Positions 19,560-29,315 of a DNA stretch of 64,000 nt are shown in pieces. The stretch's first letter is position 1. Each line of letters opens with the position of its first letter. Under the pieces are notes generated by a model. It had not been told where the DNA came from and made no database searches. It saw only the letters and a program-made list of their open reading frames with translations. The DNA comes from Acidimicrobiia bacterium (lineage in GTDB: Bacteria; Actinomycetota; Acidimicrobiia; Spongiisociales; ZC4RG35), in contig OZ244034.1 in assembly GCA_965215185.1 (NCBI GenBank), positions 224,001-288,000 on the forward strand, written 5' to 3'. The position numbers were made by a program, and so were the translations under genes.

Positions 19560-20378
19560 TCAGTTCGTGATGGGTCCGCACTTCCCTAACTGCTCCTTCA
19601 CAAAGTCGTACTCGCCCTGGTCCATAGTGGCCTTCCAGTCCTCCTTGACAGCCACATGGATGTACAGATACTGACACCACCCCGGATAGTTCACCCTCTG
19701 TGGAGAAGCCGCATCCTCGGTGTTCCACCACTCCAGAGGATCATGGGCACCTTTGGATTGATCAACCGACGCGGCGATGGTCCACAGGTTGTAGGCGTCC
19801 AGGAGGATGCCGGGTTCGCGCACGCCCGAGCACCACGCCTCTCCAATGGACACGACGAAATCCGCGTCTAGCACCTGTCGTTGATGTTGATGGCTCAGGT
19901 AGCCAACATCATGCTTCCACAACGACCAATAGGGCAGGTTGTCGTCCCAATAGCCGGTAGCTGGTGGCCACCCGTCGCAGTTCTCGGGTGCTATTTGAAT
20001 ATTGGAAAGCCGCCGCAACCCATCCCTACCGGGATTCAGAGTGGCGTTGGGTGTGTAATAGGTGACGCCGTCGATCACGGTGGTGGTTGTGGTGGTGGGA
20101 CCGGGTGTTGGTGCGGTGGATCTGACGGGTGGCGCTTCTCCGGTCTGCTGGGCATAGCGGTACAGAAACGTGACGATCTGAGCTCGGGTCACCGGCTGAT
20201 CCGGGCAGAACCTGTCCGTGGCGCACCCCCGGGTGATCCCGTTCTCTACTGCCCATGCGATGGCGTCTTCTGCGTAGTGCCCAGGGGGCACATCGGTGAA
20301 CGGGTTGGCGGCTCTGGCTAGGACCACGCCGCCGGTCAGCCCGAGAGCAAACGCTAGGACGATAAGCAGTTTTCTCAT
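19560..20378 (-). CDS. Secreted SLH-domain protein with a degenerate DUF1524/HNH-like nuclease domain
   Basis: Signal peptide, FTDVPPGHYAEDAIAWAVENGITRG..VTRAQIVTFLYR, Thr linker, then DADFVVSIGEAW..NLWTIAASVDQSKGAHDPLEW. Confidence 0.75.
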   Translation of the reverse strand: MRKLLIVLAFALGLTGGVVLARAANPFTDVPPGHYAEDAIAWAVENGITRGCATDRFCPDQPVTRAQIVTFLYRYAQQTGEAPPVRSTAPTPGPTTTTTTVIDGVTYYTPNATLNPGRDGLRRLSNIQIAPENCDGWPPATGYWDDNLPYWSLWKHDVGYLSHQHQRQVLDADFVVSIGEAWCSGVREPGILLDAYNLWTIAASVDQSKGAHDPLEWWNTEDAASPQRVNYPGWCQYLYIHVAVKEDWKATMDQGEYDFVKEQLGKCGPITN

Positions 20379-20383
20379 GTCAC

Positions 20384-20783
20384 TCAGCACGTAAAGCTCT
20401 TAAAGGATACGAACGGTTTGGAATACCCCGTGAGAGTCGCCACATTGCGCCCCGCTTTCAGATTGACCCACTCGTTGATACGGTCAACTTGGAACCCCTC
20501 CTCGTCATAGAACCGCACCTCGAAGTAGACATCATCTTCGTCCCCGCCCCAGTCAAGTTCAAGGCGGCATGACACCTCCCAGTATCCGCCTGCAAAGTCG
20601 TCATCTATCACTTTGCACCGTTCCTCGAAAAACTCGGGGGACTGATGTTGTGGAGGCGGTGGCTCGGGTGGTGATCGGGCTGTCTGTTTCGACAATTGCT
20701 TGTGCGTCCGAGCCGAGTTCTTCCAGTGCTGTGCATCCAGTGAGCAACAGGAAGAGCAAAGCCATCGCGATGGCCTTGCTCAT
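20384..20783 (-). pseudogene. Lipoprotein split by a frameshift at a C5/T5 tract
   Basis: Lipobox LLTGC in one frame; globular C-terminus (..FYDEEGFQVD..) in another frame; junction about 20625-20645. Confidence 0.6.
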
Positions 20784-20803
20784 GGTTGTTGTCCTTTCTC
20801 GGG

Positions 20804-20992
20804 TTAGGCGCAGTAGACGAAGGCTAGCAGGAGCGTCCCGATCAGCCCGATACCCATGAGGAAGTTGGCGAATTGATGAATTCCCCAAGCGACCTTGCCT
20901 GTGGCTGGTTTGCGAGCGCCGCACTTGGGGCAGGCTTTCGCTGATCGGGACACCTCGGTCTGGCAGTCACGGCAGGTAGGTGGCGGCAGCAT
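20804..20992 (-). CDS. Small zinc-ribbon membrane protein
   Basis: CRDC..EVSRSAKACPKCGA plus a C-terminal TM helix. Confidence 0.65.
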   Translation of the reverse strand: MLPPPTCRDCQTEVSRSAKACPKCGARKPATGKVAWGIHQFANFLMGIGLIGTLLLAFVYCA

Positions 20993-21039
20993 ACGACCTC
21001 ATGGGAGCCTTGATTTCACAACTTTGGATGTCCTGTCGA

Positions 21040-21310
21040 CGCCCCGCCAGTGGTGCTGACCCTTTTCAGGTCACGGTGGACGGATATTCGTTTCTCGGAG
21101 ACCAACGAGTCGCGCCGACGTCTTCGCAGGCATTCGTCGCCATGTGGTTCGACCCGTCCATGAATCATGTATACACCGAAGGAATCAAACCGGCTATCCA
21201 ACACGCTGGTTACGAACCTCTGCGCATAGACCGCACCGAGACATCAACAAGATCCACGACGAGATTATCAGAGAACTCTGACGCTGGTTGTAGTTGCTGA
21301 TTTCACGTCC
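21040..21310 (+). pseudogene. Fragment of a nucleoside 2-deoxyribosyltransferase-like protein
   Basis: SQAFVAMWF...IKPAIQHAGYEPLRID; after a frameshift INKIHDEII...LVVADFT. Confidence 0.6.
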
Positions 21311-21471
21311 GGCTCGGGTGGAGCGCGAGGGGTGGGTGGGTTAGTGGAACTATGCGAGATTGCCGACGTTGTGGAGGGCGGTGTGGTAGGCGTGGCCATG
21401 GACATCGGACGGGGAGGCGCAGTAAAGCATGTGCGCCGTGGTTGCGGTTCTTCGATCCTAGGAGCCATTGT

Positions 21472-22398
21472 TCATCTCGGTAACCGTTGTTTGTCAAATG
21501 TGGATGTGAGTTCCGCGATGGCTTCGTTTCCTGGTTTGGTGTATATGGCGAGTGTGCGTGGGTCTTGGTGTCGGCTTTTGGCTTGGAGCAGGATGGTGGA
21601 GGCCCCTTTCTCGCCGAGGTGGGTGAGTGAGGAGTGGCGGAGTTGGTGCAGTGTCCACCCCCCGGTGGTTTGTTTGTAGATGGTGGAAGCCCGCTCGTAG
21701 GACAGTCTTCCCCGGCCGGTGTGGGGGCATTCGTCTCCTCGGGCGGGGATGACGTTGGGTCGCCGGTGGGTTAGAAACACAGGTCCTCGACGGCGGCCGG
21801 CCAAATACCGTGATAGAAGCCGTGCGGTGCCGGATGCCCAGAAGACGTATTCTTTGTGGCCGCCTTTGCCGATGATGACTGCCCGCTTGCGGGGAAGGTC
21901 AAGATCCTCCACGTTGAGCGCGAGGATTTCCCCGGCCCGGGCGGCTGTTTCGTACAGCATCTTCCACAGGGTTTTTTCTCGCAGGTCTATGTCTCTTCGG
22001 GACCATAGATTTTCGAGGTCTTGGTAGGGGATGGCTTTGGTCTGGTCGCGGGGCTTCCGGCGGCGTACTACCAGTGTCATCGGGTCGTGGTCTATCCATT
22101 TGTTGCGTTGGCAGTAGGAAACGAACGACTGGAGGGCGGTGATTCGGGTGTTCCAGGTGGCGGGTTGAGCGGACCCCCACCGTTGCTGGAAGACCTCTAG
22201 AACATGGCGGGGGTCCAGTTGGTCAACGGAAAGGTCCATGCCAAGATCCTCGATTACGGCCGATAGCGCTTGGCCATATGCCCGCCGGGTGTTGGCTGAG
22301 AGTTGCTTGTCGGAGAAGAACGCTTCCACCGCCGACCGCAGTCGTGGTGTTCCCCGGTAGTCGGCTAATGCCACGACCCGGCTGTTCACAGCATGCAC
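21472..22398 (-). CDS. XerC/D-like tyrosine recombinase (no arm-binding domain)
   Basis: YETAARAGE (R), GKGG (K), HQLRH, SRH, LAIY (Y): complete catalytic set. Confidence 0.92.
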   Translation of the reverse strand: MHAVNSRVVALADYRGTPRLRSAVEAFFSDKQLSANTRRAYGQALSAVIEDLGMDLSVDQLDPRHVLEVFQQRWGSAQPATWNTRITALQSFVSYCQRNKWIDHDPMTLVVRRRKPRDQTKAIPYQDLENLWSRRDIDLREKTLWKMLYETAARAGEILALNVEDLDLPRKRAVIIGKGGHKEYVFWASGTARLLSRYLAGRRRGPVFLTHRRPNVIPARGDECPHTGRGRLSYERASTIYKQTTGGWTLHQLRHSSLTHLGEKGASTILLQAKSRHQDPRTLAIYTKPGNEAIAELTSTFDKQRLPR

Positions 22399-22470
22399 TC
22401 CCGGTTATGAAAGATATTCAACATGGTTCATGCGCGGATCCTAGGACCAAACCACCAGCTAGATCCACGT

Positions 22471-22507
22471 ATTACCGGCCGGTTACGACAGATACTCCAT
22501 AAATATC
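22471..22507. repeat. Putative recombination site upstream of the recombinase; related copies at 15931-47, 26535-51 and 28230-46
   Basis: GATAC-N7-ATATC core; 22491-22507 and 26535-26551 are identical (GATACTCCATAAATATC) with similar left flanks. Confidence 0.6.
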
Positions 22508-22919
22508 AGCCGCTATGTGTATGCAGGAGGGGAATGTGGGTTTCAGAAGCAGGACCGGGATCGTCATAAAGTGTCTGGGGTGACGTGTTTTGGGAATCCA
22601 GTTGGTTGGCTGTTCGGTAAGGGAGGGTGGTATTAACACCGGAGCCGTGGTCGGTCAGGGGCGTTGTGTGTCCACCGGTCATATTGAGAGCGGGCAATGG
22701 CACCGGAGGGTCGGGCCTCTCGGCTCGGCCAGCCTTCTTCTGGTCAGGCCGCTATAGGTGGGGCCACCGATGGCTTGGGGTCAAAGCGCGATGTCAAAGC
22801 CTGTTTCGGGGTGGCAGTGGTCGCGGAAGGGCCTGTTAACCCCCGGCCGGTTCTCAGCAACAGGGCCGAACAGAGGTCCCTCATGTCCTGTATTGGTGGG
22901 TGGTGGAGGTCCGTTCTGG

Positions 22920-25859
22920 TTAGGGGCTTGTTGGTAGGGCTGTTTCTAGAGTGCGGAGGGAATCGAGGAAGTTGTAGTGGTCGTAGAACGTTCGAGCTTG
23001 TTGCACTAGAGCGGTCTGTTCATCCGTGAGTTCCATGGCGGCGAGTTGCGCGAATAGTTTGTCGGAGTTGGCTTGCATCGTTTGCATTTCGTAGTAGAGG
23101 TCTTGTGCTAATAGGAATTGCTTCAACTCCGTTTCGGTATCGAACCCGGCTGACAGTGTTTGCCCTTCTTTGAGTCTCTCGATTTGATGGGCGAAGGCTG
23201 TTTCTGGGTGGTAGCTCGCCAGATCCCGGTCCCATAACGCTTCCTGGTCCTCCCACGTGAACAAGGGATCGATATGTTGAAAGAATGTTTCGATGTCCCC
23301 GGCCTCAAGTTCCAGGCCTCTGTTCTGGTTTATGAAGTCGGCGGTGATCTGCCATCCATCGATCCTGGTTTGCGGGTCTTCTAGGTAAGCCATCGTCCGG
23401 TACCCCACCGAAAGCAGACGGAACATGGTGTCCCGGTTCTTTTCTACCCATTCCCGGTTGGCCAACAGTCCTGTGCCACCTACTGTTGTGCTGGCTATCG
23501 CTGCCGGCCGGGAAACAGCGTCGTGTTCGAAGATCATCGCATAGCTGATCAGCGGATCCCAGCCGTTGCGGATCAACTCGACAGCAGTCAGAGCCCCTAA
23601 AGGCATGGCGAACTCGACTCTGCCTGGAACCTTGGAATCTTGGGCGATAGTGGGGTCATCGAGGTACCGTGGGTTGGCGTAATAACGCCAGTCCCGGCTG
23701 GTGATGTATATCGGCTGGGGATTGCCATCGGCGTCCAACACCGGCGAGCCATCATAGTTCATCAGGACTGGGTTGTTGCCGTCAGCGTCCAAGGCCAGTT
23801 GATGGGGCTGTTCGTTCTGCCACCACTCGGGCAGATAAGCAAAAAACGCGTCCGCGTACTGCGCTTGGGTAGTGCTGTGGGGCGGCATGTGGACTGTCTT
23901 CCCCAACAGTTGGCGCACAGCCGCTTGGGCCGCTTCGGGAAAGGACATCCCTTCTGACATGAACTCCAAGGCGGTCTTAGCATCGCTGTCCGGCGCCACA
24001 AGAATCAGGTACCCGATGTAGATGTCCTGGAAGAGAATCGGCGGATAGTTCTGACCGTCGCGTTCCAGGAGTCCGAACACTCCGGGCACCCAGGCGGTTG
24101 CAACATCCAATTGGTCCCGTTGGAGAGCAGGGACGATCTCCGCCGACGTAGAGAAGAGGTGCCCCCCCTCGGGCGCGATGGTTATTCCAAGTTCTTCGAA
24201 CCAGCCTTTCTCTATGGGAATCTGCAAGAACGCAAGATCAGCGCAACAGGGATAAATCCCCATACGAATCGTCCCCGAGTCAGAGGTGGTGTCGGAAGAG
24301 TCGCTGGGGGTGCCTCCTAGGAGGTTGACGGTGCGGTAGAGGAAGGTAACGATCTGAGCGCGGGTTATTGTCCCGTCTGGACCAAAGAGACCTGCACCGA
24401 TTCCAGAGGTTATCCCGTTTGTGAAGGCCCAACCTATCGCTTCGTCGGCCTCGTGTTCCCTAGGGACATCATCGAAGAAGTCGGATCCTCCGCCGAGTCT
24501 GCGGGATGACCATGCCTGTGTTGACAAGTCGTCCTCGGAGCTGTTGTTGGTGATTCGAAGCCGGTTGGTGCCGTCAGCGTTCATTGTGTAGATTTCAAAG
24601 TTGCCGACGTGGCCTTGATCACTTCGGAAAGCGATTTGGGTTCCGTCCGGCGACCAACTGGGACGGCGGTGGTTAGCGAAATCATCGGTAAGTTGGTGCT
24701 CGTTGGTCCCATCGGTGTCCATCACCAAGATTTGCCAACCCCTGCCCCGGTCACTTTGGAAGGCGATTTGGGTTCCGTCCGGCGACCAACTCGATGCCCA
24801 GTCGATGTGGGTGTTGTTGGTGAGTTGGCGAACGTTGGTCCCATCGGCGTTCATCACATAGATTTCCATGTCCCCGTCTCGGTCACTATTGAAAGCGATT
24901 TGGGTTCCGTCCGGCGACCAACTCGCCTGTCCGTCACGGTAGGTGTTGTTGGTGAGTTGGCGAACGTTGGTCCCATCCGTGCTCATCACATAGATTTCCA
25001 GGTCGAAGTCTCGGTCACTTTGGAAGGCGATTTGGGTTCCGTCCGGCGACCATCTCGGCGCCTCGTCATAACTAGGATGGTTGGTGAGTTGGCGTACGTT
25101 GGTACCGTCGGCGTTCATTACAAAGATCTCAGCCAGGTCCCCAGCCCGGTTACTAGCGAAGGCGATTTGGGTTCCGTCCGGTGACCAACTCGGTAACAGG
25201 TCATTGTAGGTGTTGTTGGTGAGTTGGCGTACGTTGGTACCGTCGGCGTTCAACACAGTCCCGTCAGCGTTTGTCACGAAGATCTCGTGGTCCCCGTCCT
25301 GGTTGTTGGTGAAGAGTATGGCACCATCTGGATCCGTTGTTGTCGTCACCGGTCTGCCTTGGATCAGGTTGACCGTGCGTTGGATGAAAGTGACCATCTC
25401 CGCGCGGCTTACGGTCCCATCCAGGTTGAAGGTTCTACCGTCGACTCCACTCACGACCCCGTTAGAGACTGCCCATCCGATCTCCTCGTCCGCCCAGTGC
25501 CCAGCAGGAACATCATCAAACAGTTGGGATCCCAGAACAGAGACAGGAGTGTTCTGCAGAAGGTTGATCGTGCGGAAGAGGAAAGTGAAAATCTGTGCGC
25601 GAGTGACGATTCCGTTCAGGTCAAATCGACCCTCACCCACTCCAACAGTGATGCTGTTCGCCACCGCCCATCCGATCTCTTCGTCCGCCCAGTGCCCAGC
25701 AGGAACGTCATCGAAAGTATCAGACCCTTTAGGGTCTTCCGTCTGAGCGATGGTTGTTCCACCCAATGACACCACCATCGCGATCGCTATCAGAACAACA
25801 ATGACGTTCCCGGGGCTGGCAAAATGTGCTCTTTCATTATCTCTCTTTAGACCAAACAT
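22920..25859 (-). CDS. Surface protein: SLH modules + TolB-like (PD40) beta-propeller + SLH + ABC substrate-binding (SsuA/NMT1-like) domain
   Basis: Three FDDVP..H.ADE.IGWA SLH modules; about five WSPDGTQIAF repeats; GTIRMGIYPCCADLAFLQIPIEKGWFEELGI. Confidence 0.85.
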   Translation of the reverse strand: MFGLKRDNERAHFASPGNVIVVLIAIAMVVSLGGTTIAQTEDPKGSDTFDDVPAGHWADEEIGWAVANSITVGVGEGRFDLNGIVTRAQIFTFLFRTINLLQNTPVSVLGSQLFDDVPAGHWADEEIGWAVSNGVVSGVDGRTFNLDGTVSRAEMVTFIQRTVNLIQGRPVTTTTDPDGAILFTNNQDGDHEIFVTNADGTVLNADGTNVRQLTNNTYNDLLPSWSPDGTQIAFASNRAGDLAEIFVMNADGTNVRQLTNHPSYDEAPRWSPDGTQIAFQSDRDFDLEIYVMSTDGTNVRQLTNNTYRDGQASWSPDGTQIAFNSDRDGDMEIYVMNADGTNVRQLTNNTHIDWASSWSPDGTQIAFQSDRGRGWQILVMDTDGTNEHQLTDDFANHRRPSWSPDGTQIAFRSDQGHVGNFEIYTMNADGTNRLRITNNSSEDDLSTQAWSSRRLGGGSDFFDDVPREHEADEAIGWAFTNGITSGIGAGLFGPDGTITRAQIVTFLYRTVNLLGGTPSDSSDTTSDSGTIRMGIYPCCADLAFLQIPIEKGWFEELGITIAPEGGHLFSTSAEIVPALQRDQLDVATAWVPGVFGLLERDGQNYPPILFQDIYIGYLILVAPDSDAKTALEFMSEGMSFPEAAQAAVRQLLGKTVHMPPHSTTQAQYADAFFAYLPEWWQNEQPHQLALDADGNNPVLMNYDGSPVLDADGNPQPIYITSRDWRYYANPRYLDDPTIAQDSKVPGRVEFAMPLGALTAVELIRNGWDPLISYAMIFEHDAVSRPAAIASTTVGGTGLLANREWVEKNRDTMFRLLSVGYRTMAYLEDPQTRIDGWQITADFINQNRGLELEAGDIETFFQHIDPLFTWEDQEALWDRDLASYHPETAFAHQIERLKEGQTLSAGFDTETELKQFLLAQDLYYEMQTMQANSDKLFAQLAAMELTDEQTALVQQARTFYDHYNFLDSLRTLETALPTSP

Positions 25860-25917
25860 ATGCAGGAGTCCCAGCCTTCCATCGTATATTGTGACCTAAG
25901 CGTAGAAACGCCTTAGG

Positions 25918-26500
25918 TTGCACCTATAGGAAAAGCGATATCAATTTGTATTATCCTGGATGCTACATCTGTCCCCTTTGGGAGGCGATAATGAGGCCTG
26001 GATGAAGGAGCGTTTGGGGCTGCGGGTGGTTTTGCCGTCGCTGGTGTGCTTCGGTTCAGTCGGTGGCGGATGGGTTGCCCGGAGGAGGCTAGGGGTGGTG
26101 CGAGCGGGCAAACCGAGCGAAGGGTGCTTCGTTGCGACATCGGCCTGGATGAGACAAGACGATGTACACTTGGGAAGGCGGTGATGGGTCCTATTCCTGG
26201 CTGGTCCAATAGGCGGCGGGGCAACAGAGTTGACCAGTTCGGCGATGGATGCTTTGAGGGCTTGGGAAGGGCAAGACCATCAACAGAACTCGTGATTGAG
26301 TGGGGAGACGGGACTCGGGACACCATTTTGAGTGGGGTCGTCCTCGGTGATGTCCCCTACCCGCACCGGTAGTCGCAGCCAACTCAATCCCGGGAGAGTC
26401 AGTTCCGCGCCGGTCCTGGGTGTGCTTGGTGAGCACACGGATGCGTCTGGCCAGGCTGTGGAGCGCCTGTTTGGTGGCGGTGAGTACGTTCATGGGTGAC
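25918..26500 (-). pseudogene. IS110-family transposase remnant
   Basis: ALHSLARRIRVL, LLDQPGIGPITA, ASSGQPIRHRLNR fragments with frameshifts. Confidence 0.7.
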
Positions 26501-26559
26501 CGCCCTCTTCGGGACATTACCGTAGGCTACGACTGATACTCCATAAATATCTGTTGTGA

Positions 26560-26848
26560 TGAGTGCCCGCCGCAGGCAGGTCAACCCCTCTCGTTCCTCC
26601 GATGCCAAACATAGGAGATCGACCCTCATTAATCTCGGCCTGGGTCACCCACCGTCGCAGACCGGAACTGGAAGTCCCAACCGGCGAGCAACAACAGACA
26701 GCACTTTCTCCCTCTCCCGAAGCAAATCCACTGCTCGACGGTGGAACTCCTCCGGATAGGCAGCCGGATCACAACCTCCTTGCCAAAGAGCCCAAACCGG
26801 CTCTTGCACGATCACAGAGTACGTGCCCAGAAAACGGAGGAACTCCAA
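26560..26848 (-). pseudogene. IS3 orfA remnant with left IR
   Basis: PAAYPEEFHRRAVDL...VARRLG; IR-like TGGAGTTCCTCCGTTTTCTGGGCAC. Confidence 0.6.
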
Positions 26849-27163
26849 CAACCGACTGTGGGGGCTGTGGAGTGGAGGAAGTCCAGGTTGATGGTTCCTT
26901 GTTTGGGGAACCGGGTGGTGGGGAGGGGGGTTCTTCTGAGAAGGACAGCAGTGACACTGTTTGAGCCTTCTGATGGTTCTGGTGTGGAGGGCGCTGGTGG
27001 GGTGCCTCAGACAGTGTTGTTCAGGTCAAACCTGATGCGGGAGCCCGCAGGCCTAGCCACTACCGAGGTCAGTTTCTGCTTGAGCGTCGGTACTATGGAG
27101 GCGCACCCCGGCTATTTGACCGCTCGGGCAGCCTACTGTTCACGTTGCTAGGTCGGCCTCTAG

Positions 27164-28135
27164 ATGGATCGCAAATCTATGAAGGTTATTGAGATTGGAA
27201 CTCTTGATCGCATCGCGGTGCGTGAGGTATGGCCGCAGGAGGCCGGGGATTTCACGCCATGGCTTGCAGAGAACGTCGAACTAATAAGTGAGGCAATGGG
27301 GATGGACCTTGAACTTGTGGGTCAAGAAGTCTCAGTCGGCAAATACAGCGCCGATCTGGTGCTGAAAGAGGTCTCTTCTGGTGCTGTGGTGGTTGTTGAG
27401 AACATGTACGGCCAGACGGATCATGACCACATCGGCAAGCTCATCACCTATGCGGCTGGCCTGGACGCGAGTTACGCGGTGCTATTGGCCGAGAACTTCC
27501 GTCCCGAGCACCGCTCAGCGCTCAATTGGCTGAACTCGATCTCAACTGAGGACTGCGGCTTTTTTGGTCTCGGTCTAGAAACATGGCGTATCGGTGATTC
27601 GAGCCCGGCGCCGCAGTTGCGGATTGATGTGCAACCCGACGACTGGACCAAGAGCGTCAGAGCGACAAAGGGCCGGCAGGACAGCCAGCGTGAAACGCTA
27701 TTCAGACGGTTCTGGGCTGAGATGCAGTCGAGCTTCAGAGCAGACAGCACAGACTGGGCAGGAAGAGGCAAGCCGTCAAAAGAGGCGTGGATGCCCTTCA
27801 AGTCGCGCAAAGGCGTCCAGTTCATTGTCACATTCTGCAAACCGGGCAATGTCCCGGCTTTCCGTGCCGAGGCATATATCGACACAGGGGACAAGGAAAG
27901 CACAGCCAAGCTGTATGAGGCTCTTGAGGCAAGACGAACTGAGATCGATACCGCATTTGGCAAAGAACTCGAATGGTCAAGGTTGGAGAAGCGTCGGGCT
28001 TCCCGCGTCAGTACCTACTATCCGCAACCGATCGGGATCGAGGACGAGGACCACTGGCCGCAAGCCCGGGCCTGGGCAGTGTCCGCACTCGGTGGCCTAC
28101 GTGCGGCTATTGAACCGGTACTTGACGATCTGTAG
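27164..28135 (+). CDS. DUF4268-domain protein with an N-terminal NucS-like PD-(D/E)xK domain
   Basis: REVWPQEAGDFTPWL, ADLV..VVVEN...TDHDHIGKLITYAAG, C-terminal LEWSRLEKRRASRV. Confidence 0.85.
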   Translation: MDRKSMKVIEIGTLDRIAVREVWPQEAGDFTPWLAENVELISEAMGMDLELVGQEVSVGKYSADLVLKEVSSGAVVVVENMYGQTDHDHIGKLITYAAGLDASYAVLLAENFRPEHRSALNWLNSISTEDCGFFGLGLETWRIGDSSPAPQLRIDVQPDDWTKSVRATKGRQDSQRETLFRRFWAEMQSSFRADSTDWAGRGKPSKEAWMPFKSRKGVQFIVTFCKPGNVPAFRAEAYIDTGDKESTAKLYEALEARRTEIDTAFGKELEWSRLEKRRASRVSTYYPQPIGIEDEDHWPQARAWAVSALGGLRAAIEPVLDDL

Positions 28136-28736
28136 GTCGGCTCAACTGGATTAATGCCGGCACCAGCGGTGATCACAGCACCGTCACCTCCACCCGACTA
28201 GAACAGTCTCCTTCTTCCCCGATGTGACGGATACTCTGGGAATATCCGTCATTTGTGCTAGGTCTCTACACACTGCCCTGGTGTTGAGGACGTGACCCAA
28301 ATCAGGACAGCAAATACTGTGGAGCCAGTCATGGTCCGCCTATGAAACTCTTACAGTGTTGCTCTTTGTTGCCACGGTCGTACCCTTGGCTGAGGTGACG
28401 GGCTGGATCGATTGGCGCAGGTGCAGTCTTTTGCAGCGGCCACAACGCCTCGCAGCGATTCTGGTGTTGGTGAGCGTCACTTGTGGTACGCATGACTGAC
28501 CGGCCGTCTAGTGCGGATCACAGGTCCGGCTTGTAAGCGTCGAACTGACAAGCGGATGGTTGCCACAGGGAGAATTCACAGGCGAGAACATCACCAGTCC
28601 GATTCTCGCGCTGCGACGTGGCCCACCGAATGCTTGGTATACGAATCCCTTCTGCGCTGTGACATTACCCTGAGCGTTTGACCGGCGTTACGAAACTGCG
28701 GAGATATTCCTGAGTTCCTCAACCCCGCGACGATCT

Positions 28737-29315
28737 CTATCGCTGGGCGCGCTTCTTCCTAATGAGAGCCTGGTTCTGCCTTACCACACCGGTAACGCTC
28801 AATCTGTACCGGGCCATCTTTTCGCTGACACCGTACTTCTTGGCTACATCTTTCGCTCCTGACCCCTTACGGACTTCCGCCAAGAGCAACGCTCTGGGCA
28901 GAAGGAGGCATCCAGACAACCAGCCAGCCTCTTCCTCCTGAGTCAGGTCACAAGAAAGAAAGGTGATATCGCCAAGCCGCTCAACACGGCTCAAATTGTG
29001 GTCGAGGAGAACATGTGCTAGTTCGTGGGCGACATCGCTCCTCTGGCGCGACTTTGCCGATAGAGGGTTGTATACAACGACCGCTCGATCAGGCGAAGGC
29101 TGAAGCGTGCATGCAGAGAAGGAATTGGGCTGGATGTTTTCGAGTTCGTTGAAACGTTCTCGCGGTATCAACTCGTCTCCCGCTCGGACCTCAATACCCA
29201 GCAGCTTCGCAAGAGCTTCAGGCTCAACGGACTGAGCGGCCTTCATCCCCAGTTCCGTTCGCACATCCCTTGCGATTCTCTCCGCTTCGGACTTAAACCC
29301 TCTGCGCAGGGCCAT
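28737..29315 (-). CDS. ImmA/IrrE metallopeptidase (CapP-like)
   Basis: LRRGFKSEAE, AHELAH (HExxH), EEEAGWLSGCLLLP. Confidence 0.9.
   Translation of the reverse strand: MALRRGFKSEAERIARDVRTELGMKAAQSVEPEALAKLLGIEVRAGDELIPRERFNELENIQPNSFSACTLQPSPDRAVVVYNPLSAKSRQRSDVAHELAHVLLDHNLSRVERLGDITFLSCDLTQEEEAGWLSGCLLLPRALLLAEVRKGSGAKDVAKKYGVSEKMARYRLSVTGVVRQNQALIRKKRAQR

Noticed and set aside
21340-21430. LRLP..CPW-like fragment on the minus strand
   Set aside because: Possibly an IS1380 C-terminal scrap, but too short to support a feature
21472-22398. Integron integrase
   Set aside because: No IntI-specific insertion recognised and no attC-like GTTRRRY hairpins seen
24600-25260. Regular ~130-bp DNA repeats that could suggest an array
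   Set aside because: They are in-frame PD40/TolB protein repeats, not CRISPR or DGR; no cas or reverse transcriptase gene is present
28600-28660. CGAATCCC T-loop-like motif as a tRNA
   Set aside because: No cloverleaf could be formed
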